This document shows positions 23,040 to 32,110 of a DNA stretch of 64,000 nt, one piece after another. The DNA is from Maricaulaceae bacterium (GTDB taxonomy: Bacteria > Pseudomonadota > Alphaproteobacteria > Caulobacterales > Maricaulaceae): positions 368 through 64,367 of the forward strand of contig JBMYWT010000002.1 in NCBI GenBank assembly GCA_049607665.1, in the 5' to 3' direction. The notes under the pieces are model-generated. The model searched no databases, was not told the DNA's origin, and was given only the letters and a program-made list of their open reading frames with translations. Each line of letters opens with the position of its first letter. The first letter of the stretch is position 1. A program made the position numbers and the translations under genes.

Positions 23040-23741
23040 TTAACTCTTGGCACGTGTGACGGGATGATATTCCCCAAGCCAAGCAGTTAGATTATCTGTG
23101 CTATGATCCACCCAAGGGGCGGTGTCTTGCGCGCTAGCGGGTCTTGCCTCTTCGGGTTCATGGCTGAAATCTGCCTGTGACGTAATCAGCACCGTCGTCA
23201 TCCCCATCGTTTTAGGAACTTCAAGATTACGAAGGTTATCCTCAAAAAAGATAGCGTTTTGCGGATTGATATCAAATCTGTCGCAAAATTTGACGAAAGG
23301 CGCACGTCTGGGTTTGGGAACATAGTCGGCATCTTCAATGGCAAAGCTACCGTCAAATAATCCGGCGAGGCCCAAATGCGCAGAGACATTTTCGGCATGA
23401 CCGCGCGAGCCATTAGTAAAAATAAATTTCCGCCCCGGCAAAGACTGGATGTGATCTCGCAAAAGCGCATCCGGCGTTAGCGCTGAAAGATCTACGTCAT
23501 GCACAAAATGTAAAAAATCTGCCGGATCCATATCATGCTCTGCCATCAGGCCAGAGAGCGTCGTGCCATATTCTGCAAGATATTCTTTTTGCAGATGACG
23601 CGCTGTTGTCGGGTCGAGTTCTAAGTGTTGGCTCACGAACTCTGTGATCTTCACATCGATCTGCGAGAAGAAGTTTCCATCGGCGCGATAGAGAGTGTTG
23701 TCGAGATCAAAGATCCAATTTTCGATATGTGAAAGGGGCAT
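23040..23741 (-). CDS. HAD-superfamily pyrimidine 5'-nucleotidase
   Basis: HAD motif I FDLDNTLY, FTNGS, and a C-terminal FFEDNLRNL. Confidence 0.72.
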   Translation of the reverse strand: MPLSHIENWIFDLDNTLYRADGNFFSQIDVKITEFVSQHLELDPTTARHLQKEYLAEYGTTLSGLMAEHDMDPADFLHFVHDVDLSALTPDALLRDHIQSLPGRKFIFTNGSRGHAENVSAHLGLAGLFDGSFAIEDADYVPKPRRAPFVKFCDRFDINPQNAIFFEDNLRNLEVPKTMGMTTVLITSQADFSHEPEEARPASAQDTAPWVDHSTDNLTAWLGEYHPVTRAKS

Positions 23742-23744
23742 GGG

Positions 23745-24809
23745 TTATCTACGCAATCCAGGGATTGTCGCCTGTACGAAATCAGCATCGGTAAGGTTTA
23801 TATTGATGCCAATCTCTTCGGTTATAATAGGACGAAAACTTTGGGCGGTGTAACCTCTATCTTCACAATATGTATTTCCGAGCGCTGAAAAGACACTTTC
23901 GCCAATACAAAATTCTTCGGGTTTGGAGACCACAGTACGCAGACGTTTGTCTTTTTGGAGTTTATCATCTGTGCTTGGTTGCTCTTGTAAGGCAAAGAAA
24001 TGTGCATCTAAGTCTTTTAAGGATTTGGTTATAGGGCGTTCGCACTCCGTTGGCTTTAAGGGCCACCACCCACGAGATTCCCATTGGCTTTCATTACGCA
24101 TTGCAATTGCAATCCAGGCCGTTTGGCTGGACTTGTTGCAAAGGCGGAGACCAATAGTTTCTTTGTGCTTTGCAGCGGCTGCAATGAGAGCATCGAATTT
24201 TTTATCTTTGGACAAAGATTTAGCAAGGTTATTGTCTTTTAGAAACTTTGAGAGAGTTTGCGTTGTTCGACGTCCTGAAAGGCCATCAACACGTGAAATT
24301 TTATATCCATTGTCTTGGAGTAATCTTTGGAGGCCTGCCGTTTCAGCTTTTTTTCCAAAACCATCTGTTTCTATTAGGCTTGTTATACGTTCAGAAGGGT
24401 CAACCTGTAAATAATCACGTTCTTGGAGGTTTTGTAAAGCGCAGCTAATATCAACGCTTGCTTTGAAGTCTTCATTACCGGTGCAGAGCGTAACATTGCC
24501 TTTCCATTCTCGAATTTTTCCAACATGCACAGTCGAACTCTCAGCATAAAGATACCGAGGCGTGCCTATAGGTAAGCTTTTTGTAAAACAGGCACCTGAT
24601 CGAATTTGTGTCCAACCTTCTGGCGAGACTTTTCCGTTAGAAAGTGATGCTGTTGCTACGCGAAGTACGAAAGAGGTTTCGTTACAAACTTGCCAATCAC
24701 TATTCGCATTTGAGTTTTCTGTACGCGTTTGGGCAGCTGTGGGGCCCACATTCGATATTATTGCAATGATGCCGACTATAAAACCGTGCCGTATTTTGGT
24801 TTTGATCAT
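23745..24809 (-). CDS. exported protein with two DUF1036-like modules flanking a peptidoglycan-binding-like segment
   Basis: Signal peptide. W.VCN.T and LCNKS...WIAIA modules resemble DUF1036. The central LQRLLQDNGYKISRVDGLSGRRTTQTLSKFLKDN resembles PG_binding_1. Confidence 0.6.
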   Translation of the reverse strand: MIKTKIRHGFIVGIIAIISNVGPTAAQTRTENSNANSDWQVCNETSFVLRVATASLSNGKVSPEGWTQIRSGACFTKSLPIGTPRYLYAESSTVHVGKIREWKGNVTLCTGNEDFKASVDISCALQNLQERDYLQVDPSERITSLIETDGFGKKAETAGLQRLLQDNGYKISRVDGLSGRRTTQTLSKFLKDNNLAKSLSKDKKFDALIAAAAKHKETIGLRLCNKSSQTAWIAIAMRNESQWESRGWWPLKPTECERPITKSLKDLDAHFFALQEQPSTDDKLQKDKRLRTVVSKPEEFCIGESVFSALGNTYCEDRGYTAQSFRPIITEEIGININLTDADFVQATIPGLRR

Positions 24810-25669
24810 CGTAAAAGCGTCCCAGCACCGTGATCGGTGAAAAGCTCGACAAGCAATCCATGCGCGCGACGGCCATCCAAAATGACAACGGCCCGAACGC
24901 CGTCTTCTACGGCATTAATAGCGGTTTCAATTTTGGGGATCATACCGCCGGTTGCTGTGCCATCTGCAATAAGATTACGTGCATCATCGAGGCTTAAGTT
25001 GGTAAGGAGGTTGCCTTCTTTGTCTTTCACGCCTTCGATATCGGTCAGAAGCATAAGCCGGGACGCGCCAATCGCAGCGGCAATCACGCCCGCAGCTGTA
25101 TCTGCATTTACATTATAAGAACCGCCTTTGGCTCCGCCGCTAATCGGGGAGATAACAGGAATAAATCCAAGATCTGATGCGACAAGGCCGTCTACAAGGC
25201 TGGTGTCCGTCGCGACAGGTTTACCCGCAAAGCCATGCGTCTCTGAGAGTTTTTGCGCCGTAATCAAATTGGCATCTTTACCAGAAATTCCGACGCCGCG
25301 CCCACCCGCCGCGTTAATCGCTTGGACGAGGGATTTATTAATTGCGCCAGAGAGGACCATTTCGGCCACTTCGACGGTTTCAATATCAGAAACACGCAGG
25401 CCATCGACAAATTCACTTTTGATCGAAAGACGCTTTAGCATTTCCCCGATTTGCGGGCCGCCGCCATGCACGATAACCGGCCGGATACCGAACTGCCGAA
25501 GGAGGACAACATCATTGGCAAATTGCCGCGTAAGCTCTTCGCTGCCCATGGCGTTGCCGCCAAATTTAATGACAATCGTTTGCTCAGCATAGCGCTGAAT
25601 AAAGGGGAGGGCTTCGGAAAGCGTCTTTGCGCTCTCCCAATTTATATCGTCTTTTCGGCGTTGTTCCAT
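24806..25669 (-). CDS. argB: acetylglutamate kinase
   Basis: LSEALPFIQRYAEQTIVIKFGGNAM, VHGGGPQI. The start was set at MEQRRKDD with AAGGGCGG upstream; the ORF is open to 25732. Confidence 0.9.
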   Translation of the reverse strand: MEQRRKDDINWESAKTLSEALPFIQRYAEQTIVIKFGGNAMGSEELTRQFANDVVLLRQFGIRPVIVHGGGPQIGEMLKRLSIKSEFVDGLRVSDIETVEVAEMVLSGAINKSLVQAINAAGGRGVGISGKDANLITAQKLSETHGFAGKPVATDTSLVDGLVASDLGFIPVISPISGGAKGGSYNVNADTAAGVIAAAIGASRLMLLTDIEGVKDKEGNLLTNLSLDDARNLIADGTATGGMIPKIETAINAVEDGVRAVVILDGRRAHGLLVELFTDHGAGTLLR

Positions 25670-25676
25670 GCCGCCC

Positions 25677-26348
25677 TTATAAACGATGATCCGGAAGAGC
25701 CAAGCTAGCAATCTCAGCTTTGAGCACATCAAGGCCGGTTTTTTTCACAGACGATGTTGGAATGATTGTCGGGAAGGCCGCGGGGCGTTTTGCAATCAGC
25801 TTAAGCGCGCGCTCTGTTTCTTTGGCAACAGCGGGCGGTTTGATTTTATCAACCTTTGTCATGACAAGTTGGTAGGTTACAGCGGCTTCATCGAGCATAT
25901 CCATAAGCTCTAGATCGGATTCTTTTACGCCGTGACGACTGTCGATCAGGATAAAGACGCGGCGTAATTGCGCGCGGCCACGTAGGAACGCTCGGGTGAG
26001 TTTTGTCCATTGGGCGATATCAACCTTGGAAGCGCGGGCATATCCATAACCGGGCAAGTCAACGACATAAAGGCGCTCGTCAATGTTAAAGTAATTCAGC
26101 TCTCGTGTGCGGCCCGGTGTGTTCGAGGCGCGGGCAAGTCCATTGCGATTGGTAAGCGCGTTAATCAAGCTTGATTTACCGACATTCGAACGCCCAGCGA
26201 AGCATACTTCCGGTGGCCCTGGGGGTGGTAGCGTTTGAAGGCTGACGGCGGAGCGCATGAAAGTTACGTCGCGCGCGAACAGCAGGCGTCCTTCATCTAA
26301 AAAGGGATGCGGCTCAACTTCGGTATTGTTTTCTGTATCTTCGCTCAT
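25677..26348 (-). CDS. yihA: ribosome-biogenesis GTP-binding protein YihA/EngB
   Basis: G1 GRSNVGKSSLINAL, G3 DLPGYGYA, G4 TKVDK. Confidence 0.9.
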   Translation of the reverse strand: MSEDTENNTEVEPHPFLDEGRLLFARDVTFMRSAVSLQTLPPPGPPEVCFAGRSNVGKSSLINALTNRNGLARASNTPGRTRELNYFNIDERLYVVDLPGYGYARASKVDIAQWTKLTRAFLRGRAQLRRVFILIDSRHGVKESDLELMDMLDEAAVTYQLVMTKVDKIKPPAVAKETERALKLIAKRPAAFPTIIPTSSVKKTGLDVLKAEIASLALPDHRL

Positions 26349-26368
26349 GTGAGACGTGAACCAGGGGC

Positions 26369-28135
26369 TTACGCCGCGTCTGGTTTTTCCTTGCCTGTTA
26401 TCTTGCGCCAGAACTGATCAACGGGCGTGTCGACCTTGAATTTACGCGTGATGTAATATTGCTGAATGAACGATAGGATATTGTTCCATACCCAATAGAC
26501 CAAAAGACCAGCGGCGAATGGCGCGAGGATGAACATAAACATCCACGGCATGAATTTCATCATTTTCGCCATCATTTCGGCTTGCTCTCCGCCACCAGCA
26601 TTTTGCGGCGTTAGCGTGTAAATTAATGACATGGAAATGCCGTAGAGAATCGCGAGCGGACCAATAGCCAAAAAGCTAAGCCCGAGCGGCGCGGCATCCC
26701 ATGGGAATAATCCAAAACCGTTTAATATTGAAAGCGGATCGCGCGCGGATAAATCTTGGATATACCCAAAGAAAGGTGCGTGGCGGAGATCGATATTGAT
26801 AAACACGGTTTTATAAAGTGAGAAGAACACGAAGATCGTTGGAATGATGGGCAGACACCCTGCCATCGGATTAACGCCTTCTTTCTTGTAAAGCGCCATC
26901 ATTTCCTGCTGAAGTTTCATACGGTCATCTTTGTAAAGCGCTTGCAGTTTCTTCTGCTTGGGCTGTACTTTTTTCATCATCGCTTGGCTGGCGTATTGCT
27001 TGTTGAAAAGCGGGAAAAGAACGATCTTGATAATCAATGTAAGCACTAAAATGCCGACGCCGTAATTGCCGATTTTTTCGCCGAGGAAGGTTAGAACCGT
27101 GCTCATAGGACGCGTAAGGATACGCATAGCACCCCAATCAATTGCGCGCTCCATTTGCATAATGCCAACTTCGTTTTCATAATTAAGGAGCGTTGTGCGG
27201 TCTTTCGGACCAGCAAAGACATGGCCGACACTTTCAATGGTTGTGCCCGGCGTGATGGTCATAGGGGTTGTGGAGTAACCCGTTTCATAGACCTCTTGCC
27301 CATTAATTTCGCGGTAAGCGAATTTAGTGGAAATGTTCTTACCTTGCGGCGCGATAGCCGCAGAGAGCCAATATTTATCGGTAAGACCAACCCAGCCGCC
27401 TTCGCCGCTATTGTTATGCTCGCCTGATTTACGCAGCTTTTTATATTTCATATCATCAAGTTTATTGTCGACGACTGAAATCGGGCCCTCTTGAATAATG
27501 AAGAAATTTGTTAATTCGTCAGGCAGGCCATGCTGGCGCGAAACGCCTTTACGCCGAAGGTTAATTTCATTGCCTGATGTGTTGGTGACTTTATCCGTTA
27601 GCGTGATGAGGTATTTATCATCGACTGAAACTGTACGCTCCACAACAAAGCCGTCGCCTTTGTGTTGTAATATGATAGGAGCGGTTTCTGTCAGGGTTGT
27701 TCCTGAGAGGCGCATCCATGGGCTGTTTGAGCCAGATCCACTATCTGCTTTTGTCCAATTATCAAAAATATAGGCAGATTTTTCCGCGCCCTCTGGCGTG
27801 AGCATGATGACCGTTTCGCTATCATCTTCTAAAGTTTGGTTGTAATTTTTAAGGCGGATATCGTCAAAGCGTGACCCAGAGAGGGAAAACGACCCTGATA
27901 GAGAGGCGGTATCGATCGTGATACGGTCGCCATCTGTGATGAGCGTTTCACGCGCAACAGGTTCTTTGATTTCAACAGCTGCCGGCGTCGGCATGGTACT
28001 TTCGGCGCTCGCGATTTCACTGGCGGCATCTACGCGGGCTTGTTCCGCCAAAGGTTTGCCAAAGAAAAACCAATATCCGAGCATAACAAAGCCGGAGAGA
28101 ACAATGGCGAGGATGAAATTCTTTTGATCGTCCAT
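26369..28135 (-). CDS. yidC: membrane protein insertase YidC
   Basis: 588 aa with an N-terminal TM, a large periplasmic domain and the conserved C-terminal core (GCLPIIPTIFVFFSLYK). Sits in the rpmH-rnpA-yidC-yihA order. Confidence 0.93.
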   Translation of the reverse strand: MDDQKNFILAIVLSGFVMLGYWFFFGKPLAEQARVDAASEIASAESTMPTPAAVEIKEPVARETLITDGDRITIDTASLSGSFSLSGSRFDDIRLKNYNQTLEDDSETVIMLTPEGAEKSAYIFDNWTKADSGSGSNSPWMRLSGTTLTETAPIILQHKGDGFVVERTVSVDDKYLITLTDKVTNTSGNEINLRRKGVSRQHGLPDELTNFFIIQEGPISVVDNKLDDMKYKKLRKSGEHNNSGEGGWVGLTDKYWLSAAIAPQGKNISTKFAYREINGQEVYETGYSTTPMTITPGTTIESVGHVFAGPKDRTTLLNYENEVGIMQMERAIDWGAMRILTRPMSTVLTFLGEKIGNYGVGILVLTLIIKIVLFPLFNKQYASQAMMKKVQPKQKKLQALYKDDRMKLQQEMMALYKKEGVNPMAGCLPIIPTIFVFFSLYKTVFINIDLRHAPFFGYIQDLSARDPLSILNGFGLFPWDAAPLGLSFLAIGPLAILYGISMSLIYTLTPQNAGGGEQAEMMAKMMKFMPWMFMFILAPFAAGLLVYWVWNNILSFIQQYYITRKFKVDTPVDQFWRKITGKEKPDAA

Positions 28136-28175
28136 GAGGGCGGCTTTCTATTCGGGCGTAAACTTGACTTTAAAT

Positions 28176-28568
28176 CTATATAGGAACGGTTTGCGCTTTG
28201 CGCGAGAGGCTTAACAGGGCTTTTTGCGTATCGTCAAGAAGCTGTTCGTAGGGGCGGCTGAGCGTACTGTCGCGGGCGATGAAAACATAATCATAACCCA
28301 GAAGGCCGTGATCGGGCAAAAGGGTGCGTGCCACTTCGCGCAAACGGCGTTTGGCGCGGTTACGGATAACCGCATTTCCAACCCGTTTTGTAGCCGTAAA
28401 GCCTACGCGAATGCTGATTTCAGGTTTTTTTTCACAGCCTATGGCGGGGTTTGCGCGCATTTGTACAACGACACCGCCAGAGGGCTTATAGATGCCGTCT
28501 CTGACATGCAAAAACTCGGACCGCTTTGTAAGGCGTCCGAGTTTTAATTTTTTTTCACTCTGGGTCAT
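28176..28568 (-). CDS. rnpA: ribonuclease P protein component
   Basis: Basic 130-aa protein with VGFTATKRVGNAVIRNRAKRRLRE (the RNR motif), directly downstream of rpmH. Confidence 0.85.
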   Translation of the reverse strand: MTQSEKKLKLGRLTKRSEFLHVRDGIYKPSGGVVVQMRANPAIGCEKKPEISIRVGFTATKRVGNAVIRNRAKRRLREVARTLLPDHGLLGYDYVFIARDSTLSRPYEQLLDDTQKALLSLSRKAQTVPI

Positions 28569-28597
28569 AAACGGCAGAGGCCGTTATGAGGCGCGTC

Positions 28598-28732
28598 CTA
28601 AGCGGACAGAACCTTACGGCCTTTTGCGCGGCGACGGGCTAGAACCTGACGACCAGCTTTTGTGGCCATACGTGAACGGAAACCGTGGCGACGCTTGCGA
28701 ACAAGGACGGATGGTTGAAAAGTACGTTTCAT
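28598..28732 (-). CDS. rpmH: 50S ribosomal protein L34
   Basis: Not in the ORF track because it is under 60 aa. My manual reverse-strand translation gives [44 protein letters not shown] followed by TAG, the canonical L34 sequence. Confidence 0.95.
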   Translation of the reverse strand: MKRTFQPSVLVRKRRHGFRSRMATKAGRQVLARRRAKGRKVLSA

Positions 28733-28957
28733 ATCATTACTCCAAGCGGTCAAAACCGCTGTATCTCTAAGCTGCGCCGTTTAAGCGGGGTAAGGGGTGA
28801 AGTCAAGCACTGTTGGGTCGAAAATATTCAATATTTCAGCTGCGCAAACGTGTTTCTTTAATATCGCACATTTTTGTGATCATCAGTGAGGGGACAAGCG
28901 ATAAAACCTGCCCTAAAGCAAGGTTCATAACACGACTATAGCCCATTTGGACAAAAT

Positions 28958-29851
28958 ATGATTAAAAAAGCCGCATACATAAGCGCCGCCCTTGCTGTTT
29001 TTATTACCATATCAACGGGAGTGAAGGCGCAAACCCCTCAGGAGAGCCAAATGAGTGCCACTATAGAGACACAAATGCCGCTCGATTCGGTTGCTGCGCG
29101 TTGGGATGCCGTTTTGGGGCAATATGTGAAAACGCCTGACGACGATGATATTGGTGGACGTAATATGTTTACTGACTACCACGTTGGCGTGGCGCTATTT
29201 GATTATGCGGGCCTACTGGCAAATGACGAAGATCGCGCTGCGCTAACCGATTACATCGCGCATCTGGCGACGCAAACGCCATCTGATATGGAAGACGCCG
29301 ACGCTATTGCCTATTGGGCGAACCTTTATAATGCGTTGACGGTGGATGTTGTTCTTCAAAACTACCCGGTCTCGTCCATTCGAGAAATTGGCGGCGGTCT
29401 GTTCTCTAAAGGCCCTTGGGGGCGTAAAATCATTACCGTGGAAAGCGAACACCTCAGCCTTGATAATATTGAACATGACATTATGCGCAAACAATTCCCG
29501 TCACCGCTTATCCATTATATGGTCAATTGTGCTTCAATCGGTTGTCCGAATTTGAAAGCTGGATTGTGGCGTGCCGAGACATTGGATGCTGATCGGGAGC
29601 TGGCCGCAAAAGCCTTCATTAATTCACCGCGCGGCGTTGGATTGCAAAAGAGAGGGCTAAAACTATCTTCTATCTATAAATGGTTCAAAGAAGATTTCGG
29701 CGGAAGTAAGAAAAACGTGCTGGCACATATAGAAGAATATGCCGAAGGTGATTTGGCGGCCGCTATTGAAAATGGCATGATGATTGGCGACTATTATTAC
29801 GACTGGGCGCTGAATGATATTATCGCCGAAAATGAAGTTGAGGTTGAGTAA
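28958..29851 (+). CDS. DUF547-domain protein, exported
   Basis: Signal peptide MIKKAAYISAALAVFITISTGVKAQ. The DUF547 core is AYWANLYNALTV...YPVSSIREIGG...SLDNIEHDIMR...IHYMVNCASIGCPNL. Confidence 0.75.
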   Translation: MIKKAAYISAALAVFITISTGVKAQTPQESQMSATIETQMPLDSVAARWDAVLGQYVKTPDDDDIGGRNMFTDYHVGVALFDYAGLLANDEDRAALTDYIAHLATQTPSDMEDADAIAYWANLYNALTVDVVLQNYPVSSIREIGGGLFSKGPWGRKIITVESEHLSLDNIEHDIMRKQFPSPLIHYMVNCASIGCPNLKAGLWRAETLDADRELAAKAFINSPRGVGLQKRGLKLSSIYKWFKEDFGGSKKNVLAHIEEYAEGDLAAAIENGMMIGDYYYDWALNDIIAENEVEVE

Positions 29852-30594
29852 TGAGCCCAGAAACTCAAACTGAGACACAAACCCCGCCGAAAAACGCTCT
29901 CAAACGTTTCGCGCCTATCGCGGTGGTTATCATCGCGCTTATCGTGTTTTTTGCTAATGACGGACAGCGGTTTTTCAATATCGAGTCTTTGCGTGAAAAC
30001 CGAGATGTTCTGGCCGCCTTTGTGACCGATAACTTCGCCATAGCCTTACTGGGCTTTATTGCGCTTTATGCCACGCTTGTTGCGATTTCTTTCCCGGGGG
30101 CCAGTATTTTATCTGTGTTCGGGGGCTTTTTGTTTGGAACCCTTGTTGGGGGTTTTGGGATTGTAATTGGCGCAACGATAGGCGCGACATTGATTTTTCT
30201 CGCCGCGCGTTACGCACTGGGGGATAGCCTATCAAAAAAAGCTGGCCCCTATATGCAAAAATTCGAAGCCGGCCTCAAAGAGAACGAATTTTCTTACATG
30301 TTTATTTTACGGCTTATTCCTGCGTTTCCATTTTTTATCGTCAATCTTGTGCCCGCACTTTTTGACGTTAAAATTCGTAATTACGTTATCACAACGTTCC
30401 TCGGTATTATTCCAGGCGCGCTGGTTTACGCGAGCGTCGGTGCGGGCGTTGGCGCAATTTTTGATGCGGGTGGTGACGTAAAGCTCACAGGTTTGATGAC
30501 GAAACCCGCAGTATTGGGGCCGATCCTCGGATTGATCGTGCTCTCCAGCTTGCCGATTATCTATAATAAAATGAAAGCCCGCAAAGCCGCGTAG
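29851..30594 (+). CDS. TVP38/TMEM64 (DedA-superfamily) membrane protein
   Basis: FPGASILSVFGGFLFG and LRLIPAFPFFIVNL motifs. The ATG overlaps the DUF547 stop (TAATG). Confidence 0.8.
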   Translation: MSPETQTETQTPPKNALKRFAPIAVVIIALIVFFANDGQRFFNIESLRENRDVLAAFVTDNFAIALLGFIALYATLVAISFPGASILSVFGGFLFGTLVGGFGIVIGATIGATLIFLAARYALGDSLSKKAGPYMQKFEAGLKENEFSYMFILRLIPAFPFFIVNLVPALFDVKIRNYVITTFLGIIPGALVYASVGAGVGAIFDAGGDVKLTGLMTKPAVLGPILGLIVLSSLPIIYNKMKARKAA

Positions 30595-30619
30595 TCGGCC
30601 TACGCTCGGGGGAGAGATA

Positions 30620-32056
30620 ATGACCACACATTATGATGTTGATCTATGTATTATTGGCGCGGGCTCTGCGGGATTATCCGTGGCGGCGGGCGCGGCGCAA
30701 TTGGGCCGTTCTGTTGTGCTGTTCGAGGCTGAAGAGATGGGCGGTGATTGCCTCAACCATGGCTGCGTACCGTCCAAAGCTATGATTGCTGCGGGCAAAC
30801 ACGCTCACGCCCTCGGCAGCGGTTCTGCTTTCGGGATTATGCCTGCCAAAGCCAAAGTCGATTTTGCCGCTGTGAAAGCCCACGTTCAAGGCGTGATAGA
30901 GCATATCGCCCCTGTCGATAGCCAAGAACGTTTCGAAGGTCTCGGCGCGATTGTGATCCGTGAACGGGCTGCGTTCAAAGACGCGCGCACGGTTGTGTCG
31001 GAAACGACAGAAGTCAAAGCCAAACGCTTTGTTATCGCCACAGGCAGCCGAGCTTCTGCTCCGCCTATCTCTGGGCTATCGGATACACCCTATTTAACCA
31101 ATGAAGATATCTTTTCCGTTCCGGAACTCCCCAAGCATTTACTTGTGATTGGGGCAGGGCCTATTGGAATTGAACTTGGGCAAACCTTTTCGCGTTTAGG
31201 TTCAAAGGTCGAAATTATTGATATTTCGACCCCTCTCACGCGCAGCGAACCTGAACATGCTAAGGTCTTAGCCAAAGCCCTTGAAGACGAAGGTGTTGTT
31301 TTCCACGCGCCCGTAAAAACCAAACATATCAAGAAAACGGATGAAGGTGTCGCGGTTGAACTCGATGACGGACGCACACTTAAGGGGTCTCATTTACTGG
31401 TTGCGGCGGGCCGCCGCCCTATGGTGGATGGCCTGAACCTCGAAGCCGCAGGCGTGACATATGACAGGCGCGGCATAGAGACAGATAAATGTCTGCGTAC
31501 ATCTAATAAGCGTGTCTTTGCAGCAGGTGATATCGCCGCTGGAAAAGGCGGCCTTACCCATGCGGCAGGTTTCCATGCCGGTATATTAATCAAAGCGTTT
31601 TACTTCCTTCCGCCTGTTATCAACCGCCTGTTCGGCAGCGCCGAAACTAACCGTATGCCCGCCGCGATTTATTCCGAGCCTGAATTGGCAAGTATTGGAT
31701 TATCCGAAGCGCAAGCCCGCGAGCAAGGATATGCGGTACGTGTTTTGCGCGCAGAGTTTGAACATAATGACCGCGCTATTGCAGAGCGAGCCGATCAGGG
31801 CGAGGTGAAAATCATCGCGACGAATAAAGGCCGTATCCTTGGGGCGTCGATTGTCGGCGAAAGCGCAGGCGACCTTATACAGATGATATCTGTGGCGATG
31901 ACAAACAAAGTTAAAATCTCTGGCCTCGCGCAAATTATATCACCTTACCCGACGCGCGGCGAAGCAATAAAACGTGCTGCTGGATCATATTATACCGAGG
32001 CTATCTTTGGACCCAAAGCCAAAAAACTAGCGGGGCTTTGGACAAAGTTCCATTAA
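30620..32056 (+). CDS. FAD-dependent pyridine nucleotide-disulfide oxidoreductase (dihydrolipoamide dehydrogenase/mercuric reductase-like)
   Basis: GAGSAG dinucleotide fold, redox-active disulfide GGDCLNHGCVPSK, a second Rossmann fold VIGAGPIGIELGQ, and a C-terminal dimerisation-domain pattern. Confidence 0.85.
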   Translation: MTTHYDVDLCIIGAGSAGLSVAAGAAQLGRSVVLFEAEEMGGDCLNHGCVPSKAMIAAGKHAHALGSGSAFGIMPAKAKVDFAAVKAHVQGVIEHIAPVDSQERFEGLGAIVIRERAAFKDARTVVSETTEVKAKRFVIATGSRASAPPISGLSDTPYLTNEDIFSVPELPKHLLVIGAGPIGIELGQTFSRLGSKVEIIDISTPLTRSEPEHAKVLAKALEDEGVVFHAPVKTKHIKKTDEGVAVELDDGRTLKGSHLLVAAGRRPMVDGLNLEAAGVTYDRRGIETDKCLRTSNKRVFAAGDIAAGKGGLTHAAGFHAGILIKAFYFLPPVINRLFGSAETNRMPAAIYSEPELASIGLSEAQAREQGYAVRVLRAEFEHNDRAIAERADQGEVKIIATNKGRILGASIVGESAGDLIQMISVAMTNKVKISGLAQIISPYPTRGEAIKRAAGSYYTEAIFGPKAKKLAGLWTKFH

Positions 32057-32110
32057 AAGAATGAAACGTCTAATGCGTGACATCACGACTAAGACCGCTT
32101 AGAAAGCCTC

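Noticed and set aside
28176-28957. Whether the rpmH-rnpA-yidC neighbourhood marks the replication origin
   Set aside because: No dnaA or dnaN gene is adjacent, and I saw no cluster of DnaA boxes in the 28733-28957 spacer. In Alphaproteobacteria the origin is normally elsewhere, near hemE.
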